34,154 nucleotides of DNA, from positions 1 through 34,154 of the forward strand of contig NW_021827527.1 of assembly GCF_006345805.1 (NCBI RefSeq), given 5' to 3'. The DNA comes from Octopus sinensis. Lineage: Eukaryota. The notes under the pieces are model-generated. The model did not search any database. It saw only the letters and a list, made by a program, of their open reading frames with translations, and had not been told where the DNA came from. This document shows positions 11,071 through 21,639 of the stretch, piece by piece. The translations under genes were made by a program, and so were the position numbers. How positions within the stretch are numbered: the first letter of the stretch is position 1; every line of letters begins with the position of its first letter.

Positions 11071-11269
11071 ATGTATGTATGCATGTGTGTGTATATATAT
11101 ATTTATATATGTGTGTGTATTTCATGAATTGCACGCAGAACATCGAGAAACTAAATGTTTCTCGATACGCTCCAGCAGATTCGAATGTGAATATCTGATC
11201 GGTGTTGCTTTTTATTAACAGAGAACATCTCACCCACCCCATTTCCACGGCTATGTTCATAACACTTGA

Positions 11270-11277
11270 TATGTATG

Positions 11278-11311
<34 letters not shown>

Positions 11312-11411
11312 ATAAATTAATTATTTATTTGATTTTGTATTTGTGCGCATAGAAAAAATATACATATATGTTTGCATGTATATATGTATATATATATATA
11401 TATATTATATG

Positions 11412-11443
<32 letters not shown>

Positions 11444-11660
11444 ATATATATATATGTATACATATATGTATATATACATATATATATATATACATACATA
11501 TGTATATATATGTATATGTTTGTATGTTTGAATGTTTGTATCAATCTATGTATATGTATTCTGTATGTATATACGTGTGTGGTGTGGTGTGTGTGTGTGT
11601 GTGTGTGTGTGCATGTGTGTGTTTACTGAAAAACACACTTGTATACATGTACATACATGT
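11270..11660. repeat. (TA)n/(TG)n compound microsatellite
   Basis: Direct inspection. Confidence 0.95.
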
Positions 11661-12354
11661 ACATACATAATATTGACAAAACATGTTGACTTTCATTACC
11701 TTTCCTTCTTCCGCGCAAATGAAATCGAAGTCACGTTATGTCCTTTACAAATAACAAACGCTGCTGCCTCTGCGTAGATAATCGCCAACTGATTAGTGAT
11801 ACTAGGCACACAACTTTCCATCATCCTTTCCACTATTTTTCATTATTCATCTCCTCTTCTTCAGTTCTCAACGATAACATCGCCGCAATTATTGTTTGGG
11901 GCTGTTGTTTTCACTCAGCAGACGATCGTGCCGCCATTGAGCTGCTGACGTCGAACTTCGGTTCGGAAATGGAGTTTCCGACAAAATGACAGAGATTACA
12001 GCACAACTCAGAACACATGCAGACGTAATTCCTGAATATATTTGTGAGAGTAAATTAAATAAATTGTTCCATAATACGCCAAATGCAAGCAAAACAGATC
12101 GATGTTATCCATAAAGTGTTGTTTGGAAATCAGGAATAACCCAAATAATAAATAAAAAGCGAAATGAAAACATAAATAAACGAATAAATAAGTAAATAGA
12201 TAAATAAATAAATAGATAAACATGGAAATAGGCTAATGAATAAACAGTTGTTTTCACAATGATAGGAGCTTTTTAGAAGTGCGTTTAGTATAGAGTTGCA
12301 CTCACAAGTTGCGGCGCTGCATATGTTAACGTCAGTTTATGCAAATCAAAAACG

Positions 12355-12505
12355 AAACCTCCATGTGGCCTGTCATCCTGCTAAAAACAACAGACACTTC
12401 TTATTCGAATCACACATTTCTACTTAATGTAATCATATATACTTAGGTGAGGCATCTTTAATAGGTTTGCTTCATCAGAGCTATCCCGGGGGCCAAAACA
12501 ACAAC
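12355..12505 (+). mobile_element. Interspersed repeat family E, degenerate 3' part
   Basis: CCATGTGGCCTGTCATCCTGCTAAAAAC..CAAATC-like core, ending GGGGCCAAAACAACAAC. Confidence 0.45.
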
Positions 12506-12544
12506 TATATGTTCCAGACTAAATATTATAGGGACATTTTTTAA

Positions 12545-12720
12545 TCCTTCCCATTTTTCTCTCTCTCCCTTTTCTTTTCTCATTCCTTTCAGCCGAAGAG
12601 TCTAGGCTCGAAACGTCAAAGACTTTTCTATTTCTCCTGAGCGTCAAATGCTAATACACCTTGTTTGTTGTTCCCTCTGTCTTTCTCTATTGTTTTTATA
12701 CATTGGCACCGTATATTGTG
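12545..12720 (+). mobile_element. Penelope-type terminal repeat with decayed hammerhead core
   Basis: Pyrimidine tract, then CCGAAGA-GTCTAGGCTC-GAAAC-GTC (12593-12617). Confidence 0.45.
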
Positions 12721-12798
12721 TTGTATAGTGTATAGTATATCTATAATATATATCTATGTCTATATATCTATCTATTTATGTATGTATCTATCTATCTT

Positions 12799-12921
<123 letters not shown>

Positions 12922-12940
12922 ATAATATGTGACAATTATT

Positions 12941-13020
12941 CGGTAGCCATGATAAAACTCTGAGTTTCGGATGTCGAGGCGGAAACCCACGCCGCCATCT
13001 CTTCAGTTATCCGGCTATCG
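12941..13020 (-). ncRNA. Type I hammerhead ribozyme motif, probably in a Penelope-type terminal repeat (about 12918-13130)
   Basis: Minus strand: GATAA-CUGAAGA-helix II-GAAAC-UCAGA-GUU-UUAUC. Helix I GAUAA/UUAUC is extended by UAGCC/GGCUA. Confidence 0.65.
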
Positions 13021-13329
13021 GAAAAAATTCTATGAAAATGACCGTTAAACAAAAACGAAGTTACTGTGTGATTGACCGTTATTAAGACAAAAGAGCTATT
13101 AGAATGACGCTAAGTAAGGGGGGGAGTAAAGGTAAGGGAATAAAAACGGTCATAGTATTCGCGTAAGTGCACATATCCATACCTACACATGCGCGCCCGC
13201 TCACCCACGAACATGCGCCTATAATTATACACTCATCCACTCTCACTTGAAACACACGTATGCTAAATTCCTCTATTTACATAATATCGAGGTCCCTTCC
13301 ATTCTATCGTTGTCTTACCATTTCTAACA

Positions 13330-13398
<69 letters not shown>

Positions 13399-13404
13399 AC
13401 ACAC

Positions 13405-13436
<32 letters not shown>

Positions 13437-13494
13437 CATATGTGTGTGTGTGTATATATATATACATACACACATATATATATATACATATATA

Positions 13495-13531
<37 letters not shown>

Positions 13532-13560
13532 TTGTGTATGTATGTTTGTATGTAATGTAT

Positions 13561-13739
13561 GGTCTTCTACACAGTTTCCATCTACAAAATTCACTCCCAT
13601 GCGTCGTACTACTCTCAGGAATTGGTCGGATCGGAGCCAGAATAGCAGACACTCGCCCAATGCGCTGTGCAGTGGGATTGAACCCAAAACCATTGGGTTG
13701 CAAAGCGGACTTGTTAACCACACAGTCACGCCAACGCCA
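13561..13739 (-). mobile_element. SINE family A head module, diverged, with an internal insertion of about 20 nt
   Basis: CAGTTTCCATCTACAAAATTCACTC..CAGTGGGATTGAACCC..ACCACACAGTCACGCC. Confidence 0.7.
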
Positions 13740-13849
13740 ATGCGCACCTTTATTTTTCATGTTCGTTAAAATTTCAAATGATTTATTTGCTTGGGGTGAT
13801 TAAGGTGAAGCTGAAAGATGGCGGACGATCATAGCGGCCAATGTTCGTG

Positions 13850-14945
13850 GAGGTTGGCGGTGGTTGTAGTGTTGGTGATACAAGGTTAATTTTAAAGGAT
13901 GGGAAATGACAATAGTAGCAATGGCAATATTAATGATGTAGGTGGTGGTGGTAATGGTGGTGGTGGTGGTAATGGTGGTGGTGGTGATGTTGATGATGAT
14001 GATGATGATGATGATGGTTGTCGTGGCAGTGGTACTTTCGTTGTTGGTTGTTGTTAGTGGTAGTGGTGGAGGTAGTGAGGTAGTGGTGGTGGTAATGGTG
14101 GTGGGGTGGGGTGGTGGTGGTGGTGACAGTAAACGTTGTGTTGGTAGTAATGTTGGCATTGGTGGTGTTTATGGTGATGATGGTTGTGGTGGCGGTGGTG
14201 TTTTTGTTGTTTTCATTGTTGTTGTTGTTAGTGATGGTGGTGGTGGTGGTGGTGGTGAATGTGGTGGAGGTAGTGATGGCTGTGGTTGTGAACGTCGTAA
14301 TGGTGGTGGTGGAGGTAGTGATGGTGTGGTTGTGGACGTGGTGGTGGTGGTGGTGGTGGTGGAGGTAATGATGGTTGTGGTAGTGGTGGTGGTGGAGGTA
14401 GTGATGGTTGTGATCGTGGTTGTGGTTGTGGACGTAGTGGTGGTAGTGGTAAGGATAATGGCGGCGGTGATGGCGATGGTAATGACTGGAGCTATGGTGG
14501 AAAATACTATAGTGAAGATGTAGGTGTGCTGGTAGCGAAGTGGTAGTAAAGTGGAGCTGGTTTTGCTGGTGAATGACAGTGGTATTGATGGTAGTGGGGT
14601 TGGTGGTAGTGGTGGAGGTTTTATTGAGCGAATAAGAGCAAGCAACAAACAAAAAGAAATGCACAACAGCAACAGTAGTGGTAGTAGTAGTAATGGTTGT
14701 GATGGTGCTGGTGTTGGCGGCGTTGGCGTAGAAGCAGTTATAGAGGTGGTGGTGGTAGTGGCATAGTAGTAGTAGTAGCAGCAGTAGTAGCAGCAGCAGT
14801 AGCAGTCGTAGTAGTAGTAATAGTAGTAGTAGTAGTGTAGTAGTAGTAGCAGTAGTAGTAGTAGAAGTAGCAGTAGTAGCAGCAGAAGTAGTAGTAGTAG
14901 TAGTAGTAGTAGTTGGAGATGGAGGAGGAGGAGGAGGAGGTGGTG
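13850..14945. repeat. Compound trinucleotide tract (GGT/GAT/GTT/AGT/AGC)
   Basis: Direct inspection; about 1.1 kb, G/T-rich on the + strand. Confidence 0.9.
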
Positions 14946-15106
14946 GAGACGAGAAACTTGTCTCAAAATCTCGATGTTGTTTACAGTAACACGATGTTTC
15001 CGGTAACAGGCAGATGTTGGTGTGGGTGGACAACCTTTTAAGGAAGCTGATGATAGATTTGATGCAGTTATTTCGATGGTGGGGGGCCCTTCGGTAAAAT
15101 TAATAA

Positions 15107-15152
15107 TTCGGCATCTCGAGATTTCTGCATATTTGTGCATCATCAGTGACAA
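15107..15152 (-). ncRNA. Hammerhead ribozyme motif, probably inactivated
   Basis: Minus strand CUGAUGA-UGCA-CAAAUA-UGCA-GAAA-UCUCGAGAU-G. Core, helix II and palindromic helix III are intact; the cleavage triplet reads AUG. Confidence 0.55.
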
Positions 15153-15301
15153 GTATCGCTATCATTGCATACTAGCCAAACTTCGCTTCTACTAATATAT
15201 ATATATATATTATATATATATATAGTATATAATATATATATATGTATGTATGTGTATGTATTGTATGTATGTATGTGTGGTGTGTGTGTGTGTGTGTGGT
15301 G

Positions 15302-15405
15302 TTCTTTATTGCCCACAAGGGGCTAAACACAGAGGACAAACAAGGACAGACAAACGGATTAAGTCGATTATATCGACCCCAGTGCGTAACTGGTACTTAA
15401 TTTAT
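15302..15405 (-). mobile_element. SINE family D 3' half
   Basis: CCCACAAGGGGCTAAAC..AAGTCGATTATATCGACCCCAGTGCGTAACTGGTAC matches 23780-23900. Confidence 0.8.
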
Positions 15406-15410
15406 CACCT

Positions 15411-15662
15411 CTAACAACAACAACAACCACAAACACCATCACCACCATCGTCACACTACCACATCACACCACCACCACCACTACTACTCCATAAACATTA
15501 TCACCACTGGCACTACCATTCCCACCACCATCACCACTAACAACAACAACAACAACCATAAATACCATCACCACCATCGTCACACTACCACATCACAACA
15601 CCACCAGTACTACACCATAAACATTACCACCACTGGCACTACCATCCCCAACACCATCACCA
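15411..15662. repeat. Two tandem 126-bp C/A-rich minisatellite units
   Basis: CTAAC unit starts at 15411, 15537 and 15663. Shared ACCATCACCACCATCGTCACACTACCACATCAC and CCATAAACATTA.CACCACTGGCACTACCAT. Confidence 0.85.
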
Positions 15663-16279
15663 CTAACCACCGCCAGTACCAACACCTCTACACTATGATA
15701 GAACAACTACGATCACTACCACTACCACCACAACCACAACCATTTCCACGTTTACACTACCACATCCGCCACTACCGCCGCCACACACAACTGCAAAGCC
15801 ATCAATCAATGCCTGTCTGCCATTCTACTAGGATTACATGCGTCACGTTACAGCTTGCTATGTTATTGCTGTTGTAGTTATTGTGCTGGTTGTGAGGGCG
15901 ATGGTGGCGGTGGTGGTGGTGGTGGTGGTGGTGGTGGTGGTGGTAGTAGTGTTGGCTGTTACGTTGGTAGGCGATGTGATGTTTGCAATGGTCGTTGTTC
16001 TTATAGCAGTTGTTATTGCGATGCTGATTGGCTGAGCATTTACATTATCGTAGCTGTTGTTATTATTGTAGGCATAACAGGCATTGGAGGTTTACAATGT
16101 TGTTGCTGCTGCTGTTGTTGTTGTTTCATTTGGTTACAGACCAGCCACGAATGAATGACCGAAAGATAGGTGACATATTCAGCCATGACGATCCCATCTT
16201 GTTTCCAGATAATTATAAATAAGAAAGTATTTTCAAAACTATATATATATATATATATATATATATGGGTAATACTATA

Positions 16280-16317
16280 TTGGTATTACCCATAATATAT
16301 ATTATGGGTAATACCAA
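16280..16317. repeat. Perfect 38-bp palindrome
   Basis: TTGGTATTACCCATAATAT|ATATTATGGGTAATACCAA, checked base by base. Confidence 0.95.
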
Positions 16318-16588
16318 ATGTACCTTTCGGATTTTTCATAATGTGATGTAAATCTTTGGTATAGCAATTGCATGCGGCTGAAGAGAGTTTGAAACCATGA
16401 TTTATGTTCATTATACAATGATGTAAGAATAGGTCGTTTATAAAGCTTGAAACACGTGTACCGTGACATCCTTTTGTGTTCTGTTCTTGATTTCATTTAA
16501 TGCATATACCTTCTCACCTCTGCTGACTAGCTGGGTATACTTATCACAGTATTCACTCTAAATTCAATCTATATCTATATATATATAT

Positions 16589-16635
<47 letters not shown>

Positions 16636-16741
16636 TTAGAAATGTATTATTTCCATTTTTGTAATCAGTCAATGTATTTCACTGGAATTCTTATATGTTA
16701 CAAAGGATAGAAGGCACCTCCAGCTAGCAGACCATGCTACT

Positions 16742-16782
16742 CCAAACTGATGACGAGCAAAGACTCAGAAACTAGTCTCTGG
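16742..16782 (+). ncRNA. Type I hammerhead ribozyme (candidate retrozyme unit about 16700-16895)
   Basis: CUGAUGA 16747-53; helix II GAG/CUC with CAAAGA loop; GAAAC 16768-72; palindromic helix III ACUAGU; GUC cleavage triplet 16775-77; helix I CCAaA/UCUGG extended by further stems. Confidence 0.75.
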
Positions 16783-16902
16783 TTGCAGGCTTAGCTGGGT
16801 GGAAGTGCTTATCTCCCCCTTGTAAACATAAGGACACAGGAAATGTGTCAAGGCCGACAGGAAGCATTGCTGTTTCCTAGGGCTAAATAGCAGTAGTATA
16901 TA

Positions 16903-17437
16903 TGCCAATTTATAGTAGCTTACATTTCGACTTATTTTAGAACATGGTCGAGTCCATAAAATACGATTTGATTACACCTCCATTTAGAGCACAGTTTAAG
17001 CTATCTTTTCGTGGAAGAAGGTTTATGTTCTTATAACGTGTAACCCTTTAAAATGAAAGATAAGAAAGTTTATTTTCGGCACTTGATGCTTTGGGAACCA
17101 GGCAAAAATTGCTGCAGCTCGGCTGGTATGTGTTACCCCACCCTCCATATTCACCAGATATTGCTCCTTCGGATTTCCAATTATTCGGGTCTCTGCAGAA
17201 TAGTCTTAATGGTAAAAATTTCAATTCCTTGGATGACGTAAAAAGATACCATGATGAATTATTTGCCAGGAAACCACCTCAATTCTGGGAGGAGGGTATT
17301 TTCAAGCTAAAGGGAAGATGGAGACGCATTGTGCAACAAAATGGTTCATATTTGGTTGATTAAAAATGTAATGGCAAGTATTTATTGACCTTTTTCTTTC
17401 CTTTAAAAATCGGCACGAACTTCCGGACAACACAATA
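16903..17437 (+). pseudogene. Internally deleted mariner (Tc1/mariner) transposon
   Basis: N-terminus MKDKKVYFRHLMLWE is joined to C-terminus TRQKLLQLGW..HPPYSPDIAPSDFQLF..RW..GSY. 3' TIR AAATCGGCACGAACTTCCGGACAACACAA followed by TA; only a stub of the 5' TIR remains (TGCCAATTT). Confidence 0.9.
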
Positions 17438-17462
17438 TTGTGTGTGTGTGTGAGAGAGAGAG

Positions 17463-17532
<70 letters not shown>

Positions 17533-17880
17533 TAAAGCTTATGTTGCATTGAATTATTATGGCAAATAATTGTAGTCCTATTGTACAGAAACAACACTGG
17601 TGTGATAATATCACTATGTGGCATAGTTCATTTCACTGAACTAACAATCTCCTTTTCGAATAGTGACACACCACCATAGCATTTTACTGAATCAACAGCG
17701 TTGGAGACCCAAAATACCCGCTCAATCTGCTAATAGATTTACGCTCTATACTCTATGATAGTGGAAAGAATAATTAGATAATTTAGTTGAAATTACCCAT
17801 GGAAAGAAGAGGTGGCTACCGCTGGTGTTTGAAGACAGATGTTTGAAGAAGTTAGCCTTGTATTAAACAGCAACCGTAGT

Positions 17881-18074
17881 GGAGGCGCAATGGCCTAGTG
17901 GTTACGGCAGCGGACTCGCGGTCGTAAGAACGTGTTTTCGATTCCCAGATCGAGAATTGTGAGTGTTTATTAAGCAAAAACATCTAAGCTCCACAAGGCT
18001 CCGGCGGGTGGTGTGGTGAATCCCGCTGTACTCTTTCACCACAACTTTCTCTCACTCTTTCTTCGTACTTCTGT
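17881..18074 (+). mobile_element. SINE family C, 3' truncated
   Basis: GGAGGCGCAATGGCCTAGTGGTT head, TTCGATTCCC B-box, AGCTCCACAAGGCTCCGG body. Confidence 0.85.
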
Positions 18075-18399
18075 CACAAAGCAGAGGAACCATGGTGTAA
18101 CCATTATAGTGCGGTAAACTTTCAGACCCTAGTCTAGATTGCGAATCTTCTGTACCCCAGGATGGTTCAGCTCTCCATCCGTTAAAAGTCACCGTTTATG
18201 GAATGAGGATAACAACGGAGCTTTCGCGCCCATACAACCGCCAGTCTATCGCGTGTGGTGGGTGGATCTTCAAGTTGCCACATGCATTCTTAGTAGCTTA
18301 GAGTAGGCTCGAATTAGAGATTATTCTTTGTGGCTAATGGCGTGAGTCCTGATTGGAAGAAGAAGACAGCAACCATAGCAGCTAGTTTTTCTAGCTAAC

Positions 18400-18482
18400 G
18401 AACTTGAACTCAGAACAGGGAGGGATGTAAGCAAACACCATGAGGTACTTTGTCTGACACCCTACCGATTCTAGCTATCCGC
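18400..18482 (-). mobile_element. SINE family D head, degenerate
   Basis: GAACTTGAACTCAGAAC..CCGATTCT. Confidence 0.5.
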
Positions 18483-18494
18483 GAATATGTCAAC

Positions 18495-18650
18495 GTCGAA
18501 CCTTCCACGTGGTCGCTAGATTTGTTAAAAATAGCAACCAAATCTCTCCCTCAAACCACTAAAAACGGAAGAACACATTGAATCCGGTATTCCCAGATGC
18601 ATTGACACAGGTGAACTCGACCAAGATTGACTTGCAGGTAAACAACAGCA
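18495..18650 (+). mobile_element. Interspersed repeat family E, degenerate
   Basis: CCACGTGGTC..AAATAGCAACCAAATCTCTCCCTCAAA..GAACACATTG..AAACAACAGCAA. Confidence 0.5.
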
Positions 18651-18989
18651 ATTGCAGTAGTAACGGAAATACTGGGAAATAACTAAATAAATCAACGAAA
18701 CGAAATGCAAAAAGTCAAACCGAACAATGAAAAATGGCGAATGACGCCGTTAGGGAAGTATTTATTGCGTTCGAAGTGTTGTAAAGGGAATTAGGTGGCC
18801 ATATTGGACAGAAGAAGAGCTAAAGTGAGGCAGCACGACATGATGGCGTTAAAAGCACGGATTATCGATAGTAAATTGACTGCATCGATTTTAATCAATT
18901 AACCAATAAAAGGGTGGGATGGGAGAGATTAAATGATGTGGGTAGATGGTAAGGGCGATGTTGAATTTGGTGATGACGAGGAGGAAGAG

Positions 18990-19365
18990 GAGGGTGAATA
19001 ATGAAACGAGACGAAATAAGTAAGAAAGAATGAATGAAATAAAGGTAAATGAAAGAAAGGAAGAAAAGAAAGAAAGAAGCAAGGAAAAGAAAGAAGAAAA
19101 ACAACGAAAAAAAGAAATAGAGAAAATGAAGGAAAGTAAAGGAAAAAAAGAATGAGAGAAAAAAGAAAAAGAGAAGACAAGAAGGAACAAAGTGAGAAAG
19201 AAAGAAAGAAACAAACAAACAAACAAACATACGGCTGAAAGAAAAAAGCAACAGAAGCCGGAAGGAAGAAAGTGGATAAAAAAGAAGGAAAGAAAAGTTA
19301 CCACAAGTTGAAAACATGAGATAGGAATGATAGAAAGAAGAAAGAAAGAAAGATAAACAAAAGTA
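18990..19365. repeat. Polypurine (GAAA/GAA) low-complexity tract
   Basis: Direct inspection. Confidence 0.85.
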
Positions 19366-19399
19366 TGGGTTACTTAGGGGTGGGGGATATTGGTATGTG

Positions 19400-19543
19400 A
19401 AAGATATATATATATATATGTATGTATGTGTGACAGTATGTACGCATATATATGTATATATGTATACATACATACTTTACACACACACCACAGATATATA
19501 TACATATATATATATATGTATACATATACATGTATATATATAA

Positions 19544-19588
<45 letters not shown>

Positions 19589-19721
19589 TATATACATATA
19601 CATATATATATACATATATATATACATATACATATATATACATATATATATATATACATATATATGTGCATATATAATGTATAAAAACATATACGTATAT
19701 GTGTTTATACATTGTGCATAT

Positions 19722-19775
<54 letters not shown>

Positions 19776-19840
19776 GTTTTTTTGTGTATGCGTGTGTCCG
19801 CGCGCGCGCGTGTGCCCGTGCATACATGCATACGCATGCA
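19400..19840. repeat. (TA)n/(CA)n compound microsatellite
   Basis: Direct inspection. Confidence 0.95.
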
Positions 19841-20002
19841 TTAAGAGTATAAAAACAAAAGCCATGACGTCTGTAAGACAATAGTGAGTTGATCCATCGT
19901 AAATATACCTGCAGCGTGTAATGGAATGGTGTCCAAATAGGAAGGAGAGAGAAACGCGTGGAGATAAAATGTCTGCCCGCACGTTATTATCTTTTCTCCT
20001 AG

Positions 20003-20023
20003 CGCCATGTTAGTATTTAGCAA
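20003..20023 (+). other. Candidate 21-nt microexon of an unidentified host gene
   Basis: TTATTATCTTTTCTCCTAG acceptor, exon CGCCATGTTAGTATTTAGCAA, GTAAGC donor. Open only in phase 1 (AMLVFS). Confidence 0.3.
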
Positions 20024-20439
20024 GTAAGCAGTGAATCGTGCTTCTAGGTGGATTTACTCGGCAGAAAACACACATACAAAATATGATTGGCCATTACATT
20101 TGAGTAATGCAAATATAGCCGTCGGTTGATGTGACGGTGGTGGTGGTGGTGGTGGTGAGAAGGGGAATTAAGGTTTCTGAGGTGAGGGCCTTTATTTATA
20201 TATATATATGTTTATTTTTGTTTATGTTTTCTTTTGTTTAATTCATTTTTTGCCACTTTGTAAAGTGATTTTGTTTTGGGGTTTTTTATTCGGAATTGGG
20301 AGAGTTGCGGTGCGGGGAGTGTTTTGTTTCCTGAAAGAAAAGCTACACGGTGGATTTAATAGCACTCTTTAATCTGTTGGAGGTATTAAAGACGCAATGC
20401 TTCTCTAATAATATCCTCCTGTACAACACGTTCAATAGA

Positions 20440-20467
20440 GATACATACATACGTTATATATATATAT

Positions 20468-20538
<71 letters not shown>

Positions 20539-20691
20539 CATATATATACATATACGTACTTGCATATATATATATATATATTATATATACATATATATAC
20601 ATATACGTACTTGCATATATATATATGTATGTATGTATATAATATTTATATACATATACGTATTGCATATATATATATGTATGTATGTATA

Positions 20692-20746
<55 letters not shown>

Positions 20747-21115
20747 GTAGTATGCACATTTACACTTACATATATGACGTTATACTTTGATACTATTCTC
20801 GTGTACATCATGTTTAATAGGGGTGTATGTATATATGTAGATGTATGTATATATATATATGTGTGTGTGTGTGTATACACACACATATACATATATAAGT
20901 GTATATATATATACATATATACACATACATATACATAAGTATAAATATATGTATATATACACACATTTATATACGTATAATGCATACACATGTATATGAA
21001 TATATGAATTTATGTATGTATATATATATACACATATAATGCTCTCTCACACACACACACTCACACACATACACACACATACACACACCACACACACACA
21101 CAACACACAAGCACA
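20440..21115. repeat. (TA)n/(CA)n compound microsatellite
   Basis: Direct inspection. Confidence 0.95.
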
Positions 21116-21489
21116 ATCACTATCACACTACCATCAACAACACGAGCCTCCTCCAAAACGCCAGAATCGAAACCACCACCTCCACCACCACCATCACAAC
21201 AACCATCACCACTACACCGCTATCATACAACCATCATACCACAGTAAACTGTGGACATTGATGCCTCTAGCGACACGTAGTTGGAGTTTACTTTTTCAGA
21301 AATGCTTAATTAGTACAGACAGCTGTCACCCGCTCTTGAACCTAGCGTGGTAAAGTGTACAATGCTTTCGCTAATTGTTTAAGGTGCCTGTGTAGCTACG
21401 AGCAGACATAGACACTCTCTTTCTCTCTCGCTCTTGACCTAACATCATATCCAGGATATGACAGCTGATGGGAGGGGGGGGGAAGAGGC

Positions 21490-21628
21490 ACCAGCACTCG
21501 GCTAAGCAGGATGGAGCAACGTTCAAGAAAAAGCCTTGCTCTAGGATAAAATGCACATCCCGGTTCAGAGACTGAACGCACATTCCTATGATTTGGGGTC
21601 AATGACTTCAACCACCAGGCTACGCGCT
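21490..21628 (-). mobile_element. SINE family G head, degenerate
   Basis: GGAGCAACGT..CTTGCTC..AACCACCAGGCTACGCGC; related to 29880-30032. Confidence 0.5.
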
Positions 21629-21639
21629 TTCTCTGAAAT

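Noticed and set aside
12472-12478. Minus-strand CTGATGA
   Set aside because: No GAAA or helices; part of the family E tail.
15047-15053. Plus-strand CTGATGA
   Set aside because: No helix II or GAAA.
13930-15152. Long ORFs of 367, 327 and 193 aa (poly-T/H/L/V/G)
   Set aside because: Trinucleotide repeats lack stop codons by composition. Several frames and both strands are open, and there is no splice or domain evidence.
15411-15662. CRISPR-like repeat check
   Set aside because: Contiguous tandem units without unique spacers, in eukaryotic context.
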